DNA of 64,000 nucleotides. Origin: an uncultured delta proteobacterium. GTDB lineage: Bacteria; Desulfobacterota; Desulfobacteria; Desulfobacterales; UBA2156. This document shows, piece after piece, positions 11,378 through 20,111 of the stretch (the first letter of the stretch is position 1; each line of letters opens with the position of its first letter). Made by a program: the position numbers and the translations under genes. The notes beneath the pieces are model-generated. The model had not been told where the DNA came from. It saw only the letters and a list, made by a program, of their open reading frames with translations, and made no database searches. The stretch lies in contig CAVTQK010000009.1 in assembly GCA_963736855.1 (NCBI GenBank), positions 416,001 to 480,000 on the forward strand, read 5' to 3'.

Positions 11378-11770
11378 AAAGCTCTACATCAACAATTCTT
11401 TCGGTGTAGAATTGGATAGTCCTTTTACGCCTTGGATTCCACGACTATCGATCTGTGTCTTTCTCTTTTTCCCTGGGCCAAATTCCGGAAAAGAAAGGCA
11501 GCGGTGAAACTGCATATGCTTTTGGATCTTCTGGGAAGCATCCCCAGTGGTGTCATCATTACATCCGGCAAAGTCCACGACGTCAGAATCCTGGACCGGA
11601 TCGTTAAAAAAATTATCCGGCAAAGATACGGCGAATCCTCTGTCTGGACCCCGCCACCCAAAAACATCTGACTTTCTTAACCAACAATCTTTCTCTTTCT
11701 GCCACAGCCGTTGCCGATGGCACGTTGAATTGTTCTTTAAATGGATCAAACAACACCTGCGCATTAAAGA
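11378..11770 (+). mobile_element. IS4-family transposase pseudogene fragments
   Basis: DSTTIDLCLSLFPWAKFRKRKAAVKLH..LDL..IP, KVHDV, FLTNN, RWHVELFFKWIKQHLRIK, broken by frameshifts and deletions. Confidence 0.88.
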
Positions 11771-11779
11771 TTCTTTGAG

Positions 11780-12038
11780 GATCTCGATCCATTCCGGTTA
11801 TTAGCAGCATGCTCTTGATCTAGCGCATGACATCTGAGCGGTGATTGATGATCTGCCACCTGGTCCTGAGTATTTGACGGTGCGCCCGATCTTCAGGAGA
11901 GAGAACCCACACCCTTTTGAGCATATTTCTCTCAAGAAGCCCGGCCAGTTTGAGGTTGTTCTTTTTATCCGTCTTGACCTTGCTCCCGCTCTGGGTGGGT
12001 ATCAGGGATGGAGGCGTTACAAGACAGTCAATGTCATC
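11780..12038 (-). mobile_element. IS110-family transposase fragment, copy 2
   Basis: CLVTPPSLIPTQSGSKVKTDKK..RAHRQILRTRWQI; about 90% identical by hand count to 9355-9529. Confidence 0.8.
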
Positions 12039-12437
12039 GACGGTCAGTCGGTCATATACGAGTCCAAAGGTTACACATCGTCCAAAACATTTAGTGCATC
12101 TCGATTTATGGGAAACTCGGAACTGTGACCCGCCGGCCGCAAAACATACACAAGTCCCCGAGTAGACATATGACGACGCATACCCCCAACTCCCATTTGC
12201 CGATGCCTGGATTCAATAAATTGTGAATTTAAGGCATACGGGACAGGTATCGTTAAAATCGGTGGAAATGACGCGGATCTTCAGGGTTTTTCTGGAATCA
12301 TCGACTCGTCCAGCATAACCGACCGATCCCCCGAAAACCACCACGAAACCCTCCACAATATAAAGTGCCTGCTAAAACTTGACATACAAGACGATTTCTG
12401 AGATACATCAAGTCGCGAAAAGGAAATTCTTATCCAT
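12039..12437 (+). mobile_element. IS91-family remnant: transposase C-terminal pieces plus ori-like end
   Basis: VIYESK, HLDLWETRNCDPP, TYDDAYPQLP..WIQ* followed by non-coding DNA ending in GAAATTCTTATCCAT, similar to the IS91 oriIS end AAATTCCTATxxAT. Confidence 0.72.
12358..12437 (+). repeat. 80-bp direct repeat copy 1 (IS91 ori-like end with ACTTGA..TCAAGT inverted repeat)
   Basis: 76/80 identical to 13291-13370. Confidence 0.93.
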
Positions 12438-12456
12438 GGAAAAATTAGGGCACATC

Positions 12457-12885
12457 ATGAAGAAAAAGATTGGTATCTGGATCGATCACAAGAAGGCAAT
12501 TTTAGTTTCGATAGAAGGCGGCCAAACAACGGTTGAGCGAATCGAGTCACACGCCGAAAGCCACTTTCGTCCATCAGGCGGGTGGAAAGCGGCTGGCACT
12601 TCCGTGGCTCAATCAGTATCAAAAGAGCGAAAAGCGGACGAGCGCCGCAAACACCAGTATCATAACTTCTATCAGCTGGTAATTAAAGAGGCCGGCAAAG
12701 CCGACAATATCTTCATCTTTGGCCCCGGTGAGGCGAAACTTGAGCTGGCAAAAGAAATTGAGAAAATAAAGGACAAGCGCGACAGGATTGCAACAGTCGA
12801 GGCCTCCGACAGATTAACTGAAAACCAAATAGTTGCGAAGGTGAGATCCTTTTTTATAGAGTCAGAGAATCGGAACTTACCATAG
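12457..12885 (+). CDS. Conserved hypothetical protein, baeRF/host-attachment-like (eRF1 middle-domain-like) family
   Basis: GIWIDHKKA N-terminus, IFGPGEAKLEL, ASDRLTENQIVAKVR. Confidence 0.75.
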   Translation: MKKKIGIWIDHKKAILVSIEGGQTTVERIESHAESHFRPSGGWKAAGTSVAQSVSKERKADERRKHQYHNFYQLVIKEAGKADNIFIFGPGEAKLELAKEIEKIKDKRDRIATVEASDRLTENQIVAKVRSFFIESENRNLP

Positions 12886-12998
12886 GCTGAACGATAGCAA
12901 TTTTAGACGACAGGAATTTGACGCAGAACCTCCAAAAATCGTATCTCAATATTCCCCCGAAGCACTCGTCTCTGATCTTTATCGGCTCTCAGATCAAC

Positions 12999-13080
12999 CA
13001 GAAACCTCTTTACCGCGCCTACCAGCAAAATCCAAAGGCAATTAATTGCCCAATGGAAACAAGAAATCTTTCCGGAAGTA
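12999..13080 (+). mobile_element. IS630-family transposase fragment
   Basis: QKPLYRAYQQNPKAI then frameshifted QWKQEIFPEV, typical of the IS630 HTH-DDE linker. Confidence 0.6.
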
Positions 13081-13099
13081 AATCATCCCCGCCTTAAAA

Positions 13100-13370
13100 G
13101 GCGCGGCATGAGAAAGAAGGCGGGAGAGAATGACAGCGTGCCGACGTTGATGGAGCATGTTCTGATATCCCGCGCGTTTCGGAAGAACCGGGCCCGGCTG
13201 ATCCGGAAGATTTATCATGTGGACCCCTTGCTTTGCCCGAAGTGCCAGGAAGTCATGAAGATCATATCGTTTATCGAGGAGCCGGAAGTTATATAAAGTA
13301 TCTGCTAAAACTTGACATACAAGACGATTTCTGAGATACGTCAAGTCACGAAAAGGAAATTCTTATCCAT
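13100..13370 (+). mobile_element. IS91-family remnant 2: transposase C-terminus fused by deletion to ori-like end
   Basis: RGMRKKAG..ARLIRKIYHVDPLLCPKCQEVMKIISFIEEPEVI (IS91 C-terminal CxxC region). Confidence 0.82.
13291..13370 (+). repeat. 80-bp direct repeat copy 2 (IS91 ori-like end)
   Basis: 76/80 identical to 12358-12437; ACTTGAC/GTCAAGT inverted repeat. Confidence 0.93.
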
Positions 13371-13405
13371 CATCTTTCACCCAATAAGATCACGCCCGTG
13401 CCGGG

Positions 13406-13465
13406 CATTCACAACCGGTTGCAGCGGACGACGCTGCGTGCCGGCGCTGAACCGGAGCGTTAAAC
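13406..13465 (+). mobile_element. Integron attC site with degenerate R'' box
   Basis: cattCAC-aaccg-GTTGCAGC(L'')-20 nt-GCTGAAC(L')-cggagc-GTTAAAC(R', GTTRRRY); 60 bp; L''/L' pair with one extrahelical base. Confidence 0.78.
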
Positions 13466-13489
13466 CCCAAATTGAAGGAGAGATGATAA

Positions 13490-13834
13490 ATGAGCAAGAA
13501 AACACATCTCTATGTGTTATGGACTAATGACAATCCGATTACTGCAGAAAAAATGGTATTTATGTATACCGTAAATTCTCTCATTCATGGTTGGTGGGAA
13601 AAAGTCACTCTTATTATTTGGGGCGCGTCTGCTAAATTGGTGAGCGAAGATGACAATATTCAAAAAATGGTTAAGAAAGCATTAAAAGCAGGAGTTCATA
13701 TAACTGCTTGCAAGGCTTGCGCAGATCAATTGGGCGTAACGAAAACTCTAGAAAAACTTAACATTGAAGTCAAGTATTGGGGAATCCCGTTAACAGAGAT
13801 CTTAACAAATGAGGAAAAGCTGTTAACAATATGA
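13490..13834 (+). CDS. DsrE-family protein (probable gene cassette)
   Basis: LWT...VFMY..NS...WW..VTLIIWG, TACKACAD CxxC; AAGGAG RBS 25 nt after GTTAAAC; AT-rich. Confidence 0.87.
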   Translation: MSKKTHLYVLWTNDNPITAEKMVFMYTVNSLIHGWWEKVTLIIWGASAKLVSEDDNIQKMVKKALKAGVHITACKACADQLGVTKTLEKLNIEVKYWGIPLTEILTNEEKLLTI

Positions 13835-13924
13835 AATAGCACGGATTCCCATGAAGGGTATAAAGCCTTTCGGATTCTCAGTCCACCATGGTTAAGAGGC
13901 GTCTTTTGATCATTCATATGTTAA

Positions 13925-14125
13925 CAGTGCTGTCTGGCTAAAATTTTAAAAATTGTACATAACTAATTGATATTATATATTATATTGACGAAATTGAGAG
14001 GGATCGACTTGAAATTCGTTTAGGTCTGGCCCCATACTCCTTTGCCGGCAAACTTCGCGTGCGAAAGGAGTACAGCAATGTATCAGAGGCAGACCGTTTT
14101 TTCCCAGGTGATGGACTTTTTCGTT
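13925..14125 (+). mobile_element. Left end of an IS4-family element (terminal IR, leader, first ~15 transposase codons)
   Basis: CAGTGCTGTC.GGCTAA terminus; AAGGAG RBS; ATG 14078 MYQRQTVFSQVMDF (DUF4372-type N-terminus), then truncated. Confidence 0.7.
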
Positions 14126-14171
14126 CTTTTACATGCTATTGTAGTGTCTCAGTAACGGCTTTACAATAGGT

Positions 14172-14235
14172 GTCATTGCGGGCTTGCCCCGGAATCCAGT
14201 CCTTTAAGCTGGAATCCCGTTTTCACGGGAATGAC
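14172..14235. repeat. REP-like bipartite palindrome
   Basis: GTCATT..GGAATCCAG / CTGGAATCCCG..CGGGAATGAC arms. Confidence 0.7.
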
Positions 14236-14592
14236 GGATTATGGACTATTTTAAAGTTTTTTTTAGATACACACCACTAGGATGGTTCAGCACGATGCGA
14301 AGGGGGACATTTGATCCGATGAGATATGTCGGAAGGTATGCTTGGAACCATGGCCCTATCAATCCGGGATTACCCTTCATACAAGAACATTTAATGGCCA
14401 AAAAGACCGGTTTTGAGGAACAGCTATTTAATAAACAAGGGGAGCCCCCGAAGGTGGGAGTCCGGTATTGCGGATTTACAGGTCGATTGTTTTTCCGGAT
14501 AACCACCGAGAACGTTGATCTTCGAGAAAATCCGGCCGAAGGCGGGTTGGCAAGACGAAGACCAATGACCAAACCACATCAAAGGAGGAAAT

Positions 14593-14997
14593 ATGCCCGA
14601 CGAATATGAAAGTGCCAATCGAAGAGAATTTAAGCGTATTCCGTTCTCACCGTCGGAAGAAGTATTAGGTGTTGTTAGTCTTACTGAAACGGATCGGGAT
14701 ATCTATCATTTTAAAATCGCGGATATCGGAGCCGGCGGGTTGAGGTTTATTGTCCGTCGGGAGGATTTACCGACTATCGATTACGGTAATAGGCTTTTTC
14801 TTAAATCAATTAACGGAGAGAGCCAACTCGCTTTCTTATGCCCTCAGGAACTGGAAATCATGTGGTTTTTGGATAAACGCATTTTTACCTATGTGCTCAT
14901 CGGTTGCCAGTTCAAGAAGATATCGAAAGACAAACAACAACGTGTCGATGAATTCATCGAATTCAAAATCCACCAAGGGAAAAAAGGAAATGCATGA
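14593..14997 (+). CDS. PilZ-domain (c-di-GMP-binding) protein
   Basis: RREFKR (RxxxR) and DIGAGG (DxSxxG-like) motifs; AGGAGG RBS. Confidence 0.8.
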   Translation: MPDEYESANRREFKRIPFSPSEEVLGVVSLTETDRDIYHFKIADIGAGGLRFIVRREDLPTIDYGNRLFLKSINGESQLAFLCPQELEIMWFLDKRIFTYVLIGCQFKKISKDKQQRVDEFIEFKIHQGKKGNA

Positions 14998-15182
14998 TAA
15001 GGGTCCGAGGGTTTTCGATCTTGGAAAATTCCACCGACGTAAGCGTACAGCGGTTATCATGGGATGGGTGACACTACTGCACACGGAGGTTCAAGTAAGC
15101 CGCTTCACGGCAGAAACAAACCCGCGCAAATAATTCAAAAGTACCTGTGGTTCCTGCCCTGATCTAACCTGCCTATTTTATT

Positions 15183-15211
15183 ATATTATCTCCCCTTAAA
15201 GCCACTTGCAA
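15183..15211 (-). promoter_or_regulatory. Sigma70-like promoter downstream of gltX with no obvious target gene
   Basis: TTGCAA-17 bp-TAATAT on the minus strand. Confidence 0.35.
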
Positions 15212-15241
15212 GAGGCAGATGGCAGCGAAGTTGCCCGACTT

Positions 15242-16642
15242 TCATGGCCGCTGGGCTTCGATGAAGGCAATCGCCCTCATTAAGCGCTCGACGGTACGCT
15301 GTTTGCCCAGCACATGCAAAATCTCGAAGATGCCGGGGCTTGCCGTCTTGCCGGTCAAGGCCACCCTCACTGGTTGAGCGACCTTGCCCAATTTAAGACC
15401 GGTTTGTTCCATGGCCGATTTAAAAACGCCCTCCAGTTCTTTTTCCCCGAAGGTATTCAAGGCTTCCAATTTCTTCGTGATATGATGAAGAATAGCGGCA
15501 GATTCGGCGTTGAGAAATTTTTTAGCCACCGCTTCTTCGTAAACGATGTTTGCGGAAAAATAAAATAAGGCGCTGTCGGCCATCTCCGCAAGGGTCTTGC
15601 TTCGCTCGACAAGAGTGGAAACCGCCCCTTCAAGATCCGGCCCGCCTTCCACTTGAACGCCTCGTGCGACAAGGAACGGATGAAGCTGTTCGGCCAGGAT
15701 TCCGGCAGACATTCGCTTGATGTGCTCCGCGTTGACGGACAAAAGTTTTTCCGGGTTGAAGACTCCGGGGGATTTTCCGAGCCTTTCCATTGAAAATTTT
15801 TCAATGAGGTCATCCCGGGTAAATATCTCCTGATCCCCGTATGACCATCCCAGGCGGACCAGATAGTTGATGAGGGCCTCCGGGAGATACCCCATATCCC
15901 GGTAGGCCAGCACCGACATGGCGCCATGGCGCTTGCTCAGGCGGGAACGGTCGCTACCTAAAACCATAGGAACGTGACCGAATATGGGAAGGGCCGCACC
16001 CAGGGCCTTATAGATCAGGATCTGCTTAGGGGTGTTCATCACATGATCGTCGCCGCGAATGATCACATTGATGCCCATGGTGATATCATCCACTACCACT
16101 ACAAAATTGTAGGTGGGCGTACCGTCCTTCCGGGCGATGATGAAATCGTCCAGCTCGCTGTTTTCAAAAACGATGCTTCCCTTGACGACATCGTTTAGGA
16201 TCGTCGTTCCGATCTGGGGAGCCTTGAACCGGACCACCGTTTCTTCGGAAGGCTTCAGACCCCGCTCCCGGCATTTCCCATCGTACTTGGGCTTCCCACC
16301 CGAGGCCATGGCGTTTTTACGGATTTCTTCGAGCCTTTCCGGGGGACAATCGCAATAGTAGGCGTGATCCGATTCGATAAGCTTTTGGATATGATCCTGA
16401 TAGATATTGAAACGTTGGGATTGAAAGTATGGCCCCTCATCCCAGTCGATACCCAGCCACTTGAGCGACTCCAGGATGGCGTCCACAGATTCCTGCGAGG
16501 AGCGTACCGTGTCCGTGTCCTCGATTCTTAAGATAAATTTTCCCTTGGTGTGTCGGGCATACAGCCAGTTGAACAGAGCCGTCCGGGCGCCTCCCAGATG
16601 AAGATTCCCGGTTGGACTCGGAGGAAATCGCGTAACGATCAT
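15242..16642 (-). CDS. gltX: Glutamate--tRNA ligase
   Basis: RFPPSPTG.LHLGG (HIGH), LSKR (KMSKS), anticodon-binding C-terminus. Confidence 0.97.
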   Translation of the reverse strand: MIVTRFPPSPTGNLHLGGARTALFNWLYARHTKGKFILRIEDTDTVRSSQESVDAILESLKWLGIDWDEGPYFQSQRFNIYQDHIQKLIESDHAYYCDCPPERLEEIRKNAMASGGKPKYDGKCRERGLKPSEETVVRFKAPQIGTTILNDVVKGSIVFENSELDDFIIARKDGTPTYNFVVVVDDITMGINVIIRGDDHVMNTPKQILIYKALGAALPIFGHVPMVLGSDRSRLSKRHGAMSVLAYRDMGYLPEALINYLVRLGWSYGDQEIFTRDDLIEKFSMERLGKSPGVFNPEKLLSVNAEHIKRMSAGILAEQLHPFLVARGVQVEGGPDLEGAVSTLVERSKTLAEMADSALFYFSANIVYEEAVAKKFLNAESAAILHHITKKLEALNTFGEKELEGVFKSAMEQTGLKLGKVAQPVRVALTGKTASPGIFEILHVLGKQRTVERLMRAIAFIEAQRP

Positions 16643-17118
16643 TGCTTATCATTTCCTTTTCGATATTTATAAAATTGCCGTCGATTTATTAGTAACCATT
16701 TGAATATTATATTCTTATTATTATCCACTCACGCAATATTTTTCAGCTTAGCTCATCGACTTTTTTCTAACCTAGTCATTAAAAGGCAGAACCTTCTTTT
16801 TCCAGCCGTAATCCTGCGGGTGCTTTCCGGCTTGATATCCCATCCTTTCCTACAATGCTTTCGGATGAGGGCCCCGTATAATCCGTTATGAATTTATATT
16901 TAATTTTATCAATTAGTTAAATCCATTTCCCACATCGATCCATTCGGCGAACTTTTTCATATCACATGCCGTATCCGAGTACAAGAGGAACAATTTTAGT
17001 TGCGCCGATGAAAAGTCCTTGACAACGTTTCGGTTTTCAATTACTAGATGCCAATTATTTCGATTCAGATTCATTTTGTAAAAATAAATAGCAATGTCAA
17101 TTAGTTAGGAGATTACTT

Positions 17119-17298
17119 ATGCCACTGCCAAAACGTAGGAAATCCAAGTCAAAACGTGACATGCGCCGGGCGCATTATAAGACCGACCTTCCCAATCTGT
17201 CGCCGTGCCCCCAATGCGGGGAGGCCAAGCCGTCGCATCGCGCCTGCCCCAACTGCGGTACCTACAAGGGGCGCAAAGTGATCGAAACCGAAGAATAA
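17119..17298 (+). CDS. rpmF: 50S ribosomal protein L32 (59 aa, absent from the ORF track)
   Basis: Hand translation MPLPKRRKSKSKRDMRRAH..CPQCG..HRACPNCGTYKGRKV; AGGAG RBS. Confidence 0.96.
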   Translation: MPLPKRRKSKSKRDMRRAHYKTDLPNLSPCPQCGEAKPSHRACPNCGTYKGRKVIETEE

Positions 17299-17321
17299 GT
17301 CCCCAGAAAGCCCTTTTCGAT

Positions 17322-18992
17322 ATGGCCTCTGATCCTGCCACCCAATTTCAAACCAACGGTCTGGACCCGGAAACCCGGCAGATGGTCGTCGAAACGGTCC
17401 TGCAGCTGAAAAACCGGCTCCTGACCAAGGAAAAAGTCCTTGAGTTGGATAAACACGAGGCTTTTCCTGAAGATATCATCCGCCAAATGTTGAGCCCCGA
17501 GATCGGGCTCCAGCTCCTGTTCATCCCGGAAGCTTACGGCGGGATGGGGGGTGGTGCCGCAGATTGCTGCGAGATCACTCGGGAAATGGCCAAGATCTGC
17601 CTGGGGGTCTCCACGGCTTTTTTCGCCATCCAGTTAGGGTCAGACCCCCTTCGAGTCGGCGGAACCGAAATGCAAAAGAAAAAGTGGCTTTCCGCCATCG
17701 CCGAGGGAAAATCTCTGGTTGCTTATGCCGTGACGGAGCCCGAAGCCGGAAGCAACCTGGCATCCTTAAAAACCAAGGCGGATCCGGTCTTGGGATCTTC
17801 GGGAGAGATTATCGGCTATAAAATAAACGGAAGCAAGCAGTTCATCTCCACGGGTGGATACGCCGACTTTATCACTGTTCTGGCCAAGGCCCCGGAAGGG
17901 CCTTCCTTTTTTGTTGTGGAGAAAGGTTCGGAAGGGTTTGTGCAGGGAAAAGGCGAAGAAAAGCATGGAATCCGCGCTTCCAACACCTCTCCCCTCACCT
18001 TCACCGATGTTTTCGTCCCGAAGGATAACCTCATCGGCGGGGTTCCGGGCCTCGGACTCAAGCAAGCCAACGAAGTCTTCGGCTACACGCGACTGATGGT
18101 GGCCGCCATGGCCCTTGGTGCCGGCCAAGCTGCCATGGACATTGTTATTCCGTATGCCAAGGAACGGATCCAATTCGGATCCCCCCTCTCTGAAAAGCAA
18201 GGGTATACCCACAAGCTCGTAGTTCCCCACGTGGTCCGTCTGGAAGCCGCTGCCGCTTATCTAGCGGAAACAGCAAAGCGGCTGGATGAAACCCGGGAAG
18301 ACCTGCAGGTGGAAGGCTCCATCGCCAAGCTCTTTGCTACCGAAGCCGCCAACAAAGCCGCGGACGACGCCATGCAGGCTCTCGGCGGATACGGTTACAT
18401 CCGGGAGTTTATGGTGGAAAAGATCAAACGGGATGTGAAAATTACCTGCATTTATGAGGGGACCAGCGAAATCCAGCAAAACATCATCAGCACGTTCCGC
18501 TGGAAAAAGACCCGAAAATCCAAGGGGGCCTTTTATTCGGATATCGCCCTGGAGATGGATCAAATAGATGCTTTATACCCCGATATGGGAGGCAAACTCA
18601 TCGGGTTGGCGGCCCGGGCGTTGAATGAAATCGTGACATTGGCCCATGACCACAAACTCACCCGGCAACAGGTGGTGATGTTTGCGTTAGCCGATATGAT
18701 GACCCATGTGGAAATCGGGGCCAGTTTCGTGAAAAAAGCCAAAGGCCTGGAAGAACAACAGCATCCCGCATCTAAAAAAATCAAGGCCTTTTCAAGAATT
18801 TTTGCCCGTGAGGTAGCTCAAGCAATATCACAAAATGCCGCGAAAATCATCCTGGGAAGCGGGCTTTTCGATTCGGAAAAATCTTTGTCATTCCTGGACC
18901 GCATCGCCTTCGCATCGCTGACTGCCGGATATCAAAACCTCTTCAACGACTTGGACCTTGCGGCCGACTATATCTTTGAGAGGCAGAAATGA
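17322..18992 (+). CDS. Acyl-CoA dehydrogenase family protein with extra C-terminal domain
   Basis: AYAVTEPEAGS, INGSKQFIS, YAKERIQFG, QALGGYGY, IYEGTSEIQ; ATG 17322 is downstream of rpmF. Confidence 0.93.
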   Translation: MASDPATQFQTNGLDPETRQMVVETVLQLKNRLLTKEKVLELDKHEAFPEDIIRQMLSPEIGLQLLFIPEAYGGMGGGAADCCEITREMAKICLGVSTAFFAIQLGSDPLRVGGTEMQKKKWLSAIAEGKSLVAYAVTEPEAGSNLASLKTKADPVLGSSGEIIGYKINGSKQFISTGGYADFITVLAKAPEGPSFFVVEKGSEGFVQGKGEEKHGIRASNTSPLTFTDVFVPKDNLIGGVPGLGLKQANEVFGYTRLMVAAMALGAGQAAMDIVIPYAKERIQFGSPLSEKQGYTHKLVVPHVVRLEAAAAYLAETAKRLDETREDLQVEGSIAKLFATEAANKAADDAMQALGGYGYIREFMVEKIKRDVKITCIYEGTSEIQQNIISTFRWKKTRKSKGAFYSDIALEMDQIDALYPDMGGKLIGLAARALNEIVTLAHDHKLTRQQVVMFALADMMTHVEIGASFVKKAKGLEEQQHPASKKIKAFSRIFAREVAQAISQNAAKIILGSGLFDSEKSLSFLDRIAFASLTAGYQNLFNDLDLAADYIFERQK

Positions 18993-19753
18993 CAACCGGG
19001 GAAAAACGGGTGGCTGTGGTCACCGGAGGCTCACGGGGAATTGGACGCGCTATTTGCCTGGCACTTTCGGGAACGGATACGCAAATTTACTTCAACTATT
19101 TTTCTCCCACCGACCCGGAAGGCGAAAAGATCCATGCGAAAAAAACCGAGACCCTTATAGAAGAAGTCGGGGGATCCGCGAAAAGCGGCAGCGTCAACGT
19201 GGCTTCGGAGGCCGAAGTCAAGGCTTTCTTCGAGAACATCATCGCCGAAACCGGGCGCATCGATGTTCTAGTCAACAACGCCGGAATCACCAAAGATAAA
19301 TTGCTCATGCGTATGAACGAACAGGACTGGGATGCCGTCATGGCCGTCAATCTGAAGGGCGCCTTCCATTGCACTCGATTTGCGGCCCGCGCTATGGTGA
19401 ATCAGCGGTTCGGGCGCATCATCAACATTGCCTCCATTGTGGGGGTTATCGGAAATGTCGGCCAGGCCAACTACGTGGCTTCCAAGGCGGGAATCATCGG
19501 TTTGACTAAAACCGCCGCCAGGGAATTCGCTCAGCGGGGTATTACCGTGAACGCGGTGGCACCGGGATTCATCGAAACGGACATGACTGCCTCCCTTCCC
19601 CAGAAGGTGAGGGAAGGCATGCTCGCACAGATCCCCCTGGGCCGAACCGGGCAGCCCGAAGACGTAGCGCATATGGTGGCCTTCCTGGCTTCCGATGAAG
19701 CGGCATATATTACCGGCCAGGTCATCCATGTCAGTGGCGGCATGTATATTTAG
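18989..19753 (+). CDS. fabG: 3-oxoacyl-ACP reductase
   Basis: TGGSRGIG, NNAGITKD, YVASK, VAPGFIETDMT; upstream of acpP. Confidence 0.94.
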   Translation: MTTGEKRVAVVTGGSRGIGRAICLALSGTDTQIYFNYFSPTDPEGEKIHAKKTETLIEEVGGSAKSGSVNVASEAEVKAFFENIIAETGRIDVLVNNAGITKDKLLMRMNEQDWDAVMAVNLKGAFHCTRFAARAMVNQRFGRIINIASIVGVIGNVGQANYVASKAGIIGLTKTAAREFAQRGITVNAVAPGFIETDMTASLPQKVREGMLAQIPLGRTGQPEDVAHMVAFLASDEAAYITGQVIHVSGGMYI

Positions 19754-19800
19754 CAACTTAATAAATGCTATCCCGGAAAGCTATGAAGGAGGAAACGATC

Positions 19801-20031
19801 ATGTCACTTGAGGATAAGGTCAAAAAGATCATCGCGGAAAAACTGAGCGTGGACATCAACGACATCGTACCGGAGGCTTCCTTCGTGGATGACCTGGGCG
19901 CGGACTCCTTGGATCTGGTGGAACTCATCATGTCCATGGAGGAGGAGTTTGATATCGAGATTTCGGACGAAGAGGCGGAAAAACTCGTCACTGTGAAAGA
20001 CGTCCTGGATTATATCGCCAAACATTCTTAA
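19801..20031 (+). CDS. acpP: Acyl carrier protein
   Basis: [22 protein letters not shown]. Confidence 0.97.
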   Translation: MSLEDKVKKIIAEKLSVDINDIVPEASFVDDLGADSLDLVELIMSMEEEFDIEISDEEAEKLVTVKDVLDYIAKHS

Positions 20032-20111
20032 TCGCTCATCATCCGTCCCGATAACGGAGATTTTTTTCCGGGCTTTGATGCCCGCTCAAAGATGGATACA
20101 GGGAGGAAGCT

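Noticed and set aside
12379..12456. Shared N-terminal peptide MTYKTISEI in ORFs starting at 12379 and 13312
   Set aside because: Artefact of a TTG inside the 80-bp repeat; the real gene most likely starts at ATG 12457
12358..13370. CRISPR array
   Set aside because: Only two 80-bp copies about 930 bp apart and no cas genes; better explained as IS91 ends
13835..13925. Second attC or an integron integrase
   Set aside because: No RYYYAAC..GTTRRRY hairpin after dsrE and no tyrosine recombinase ORF in the window
14436..14590. c-di-GMP riboswitch upstream of the PilZ gene
   Set aside because: Only a loose ccccGAAggTGGGA resemblance; core GEMM elements were not found. An Rfam scan would settle it
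15000..15240. tRNA or 6S RNA downstream of gltX
   Set aside because: No cloverleaf or T-loop; the CTTGAACC match to 6S is short and the context is wrong
16721..16729. oriC / DnaA box in the gltX-rpmF intergenic region
   Set aside because: One imperfect box (TTATCCACT), no cluster and no dnaA context
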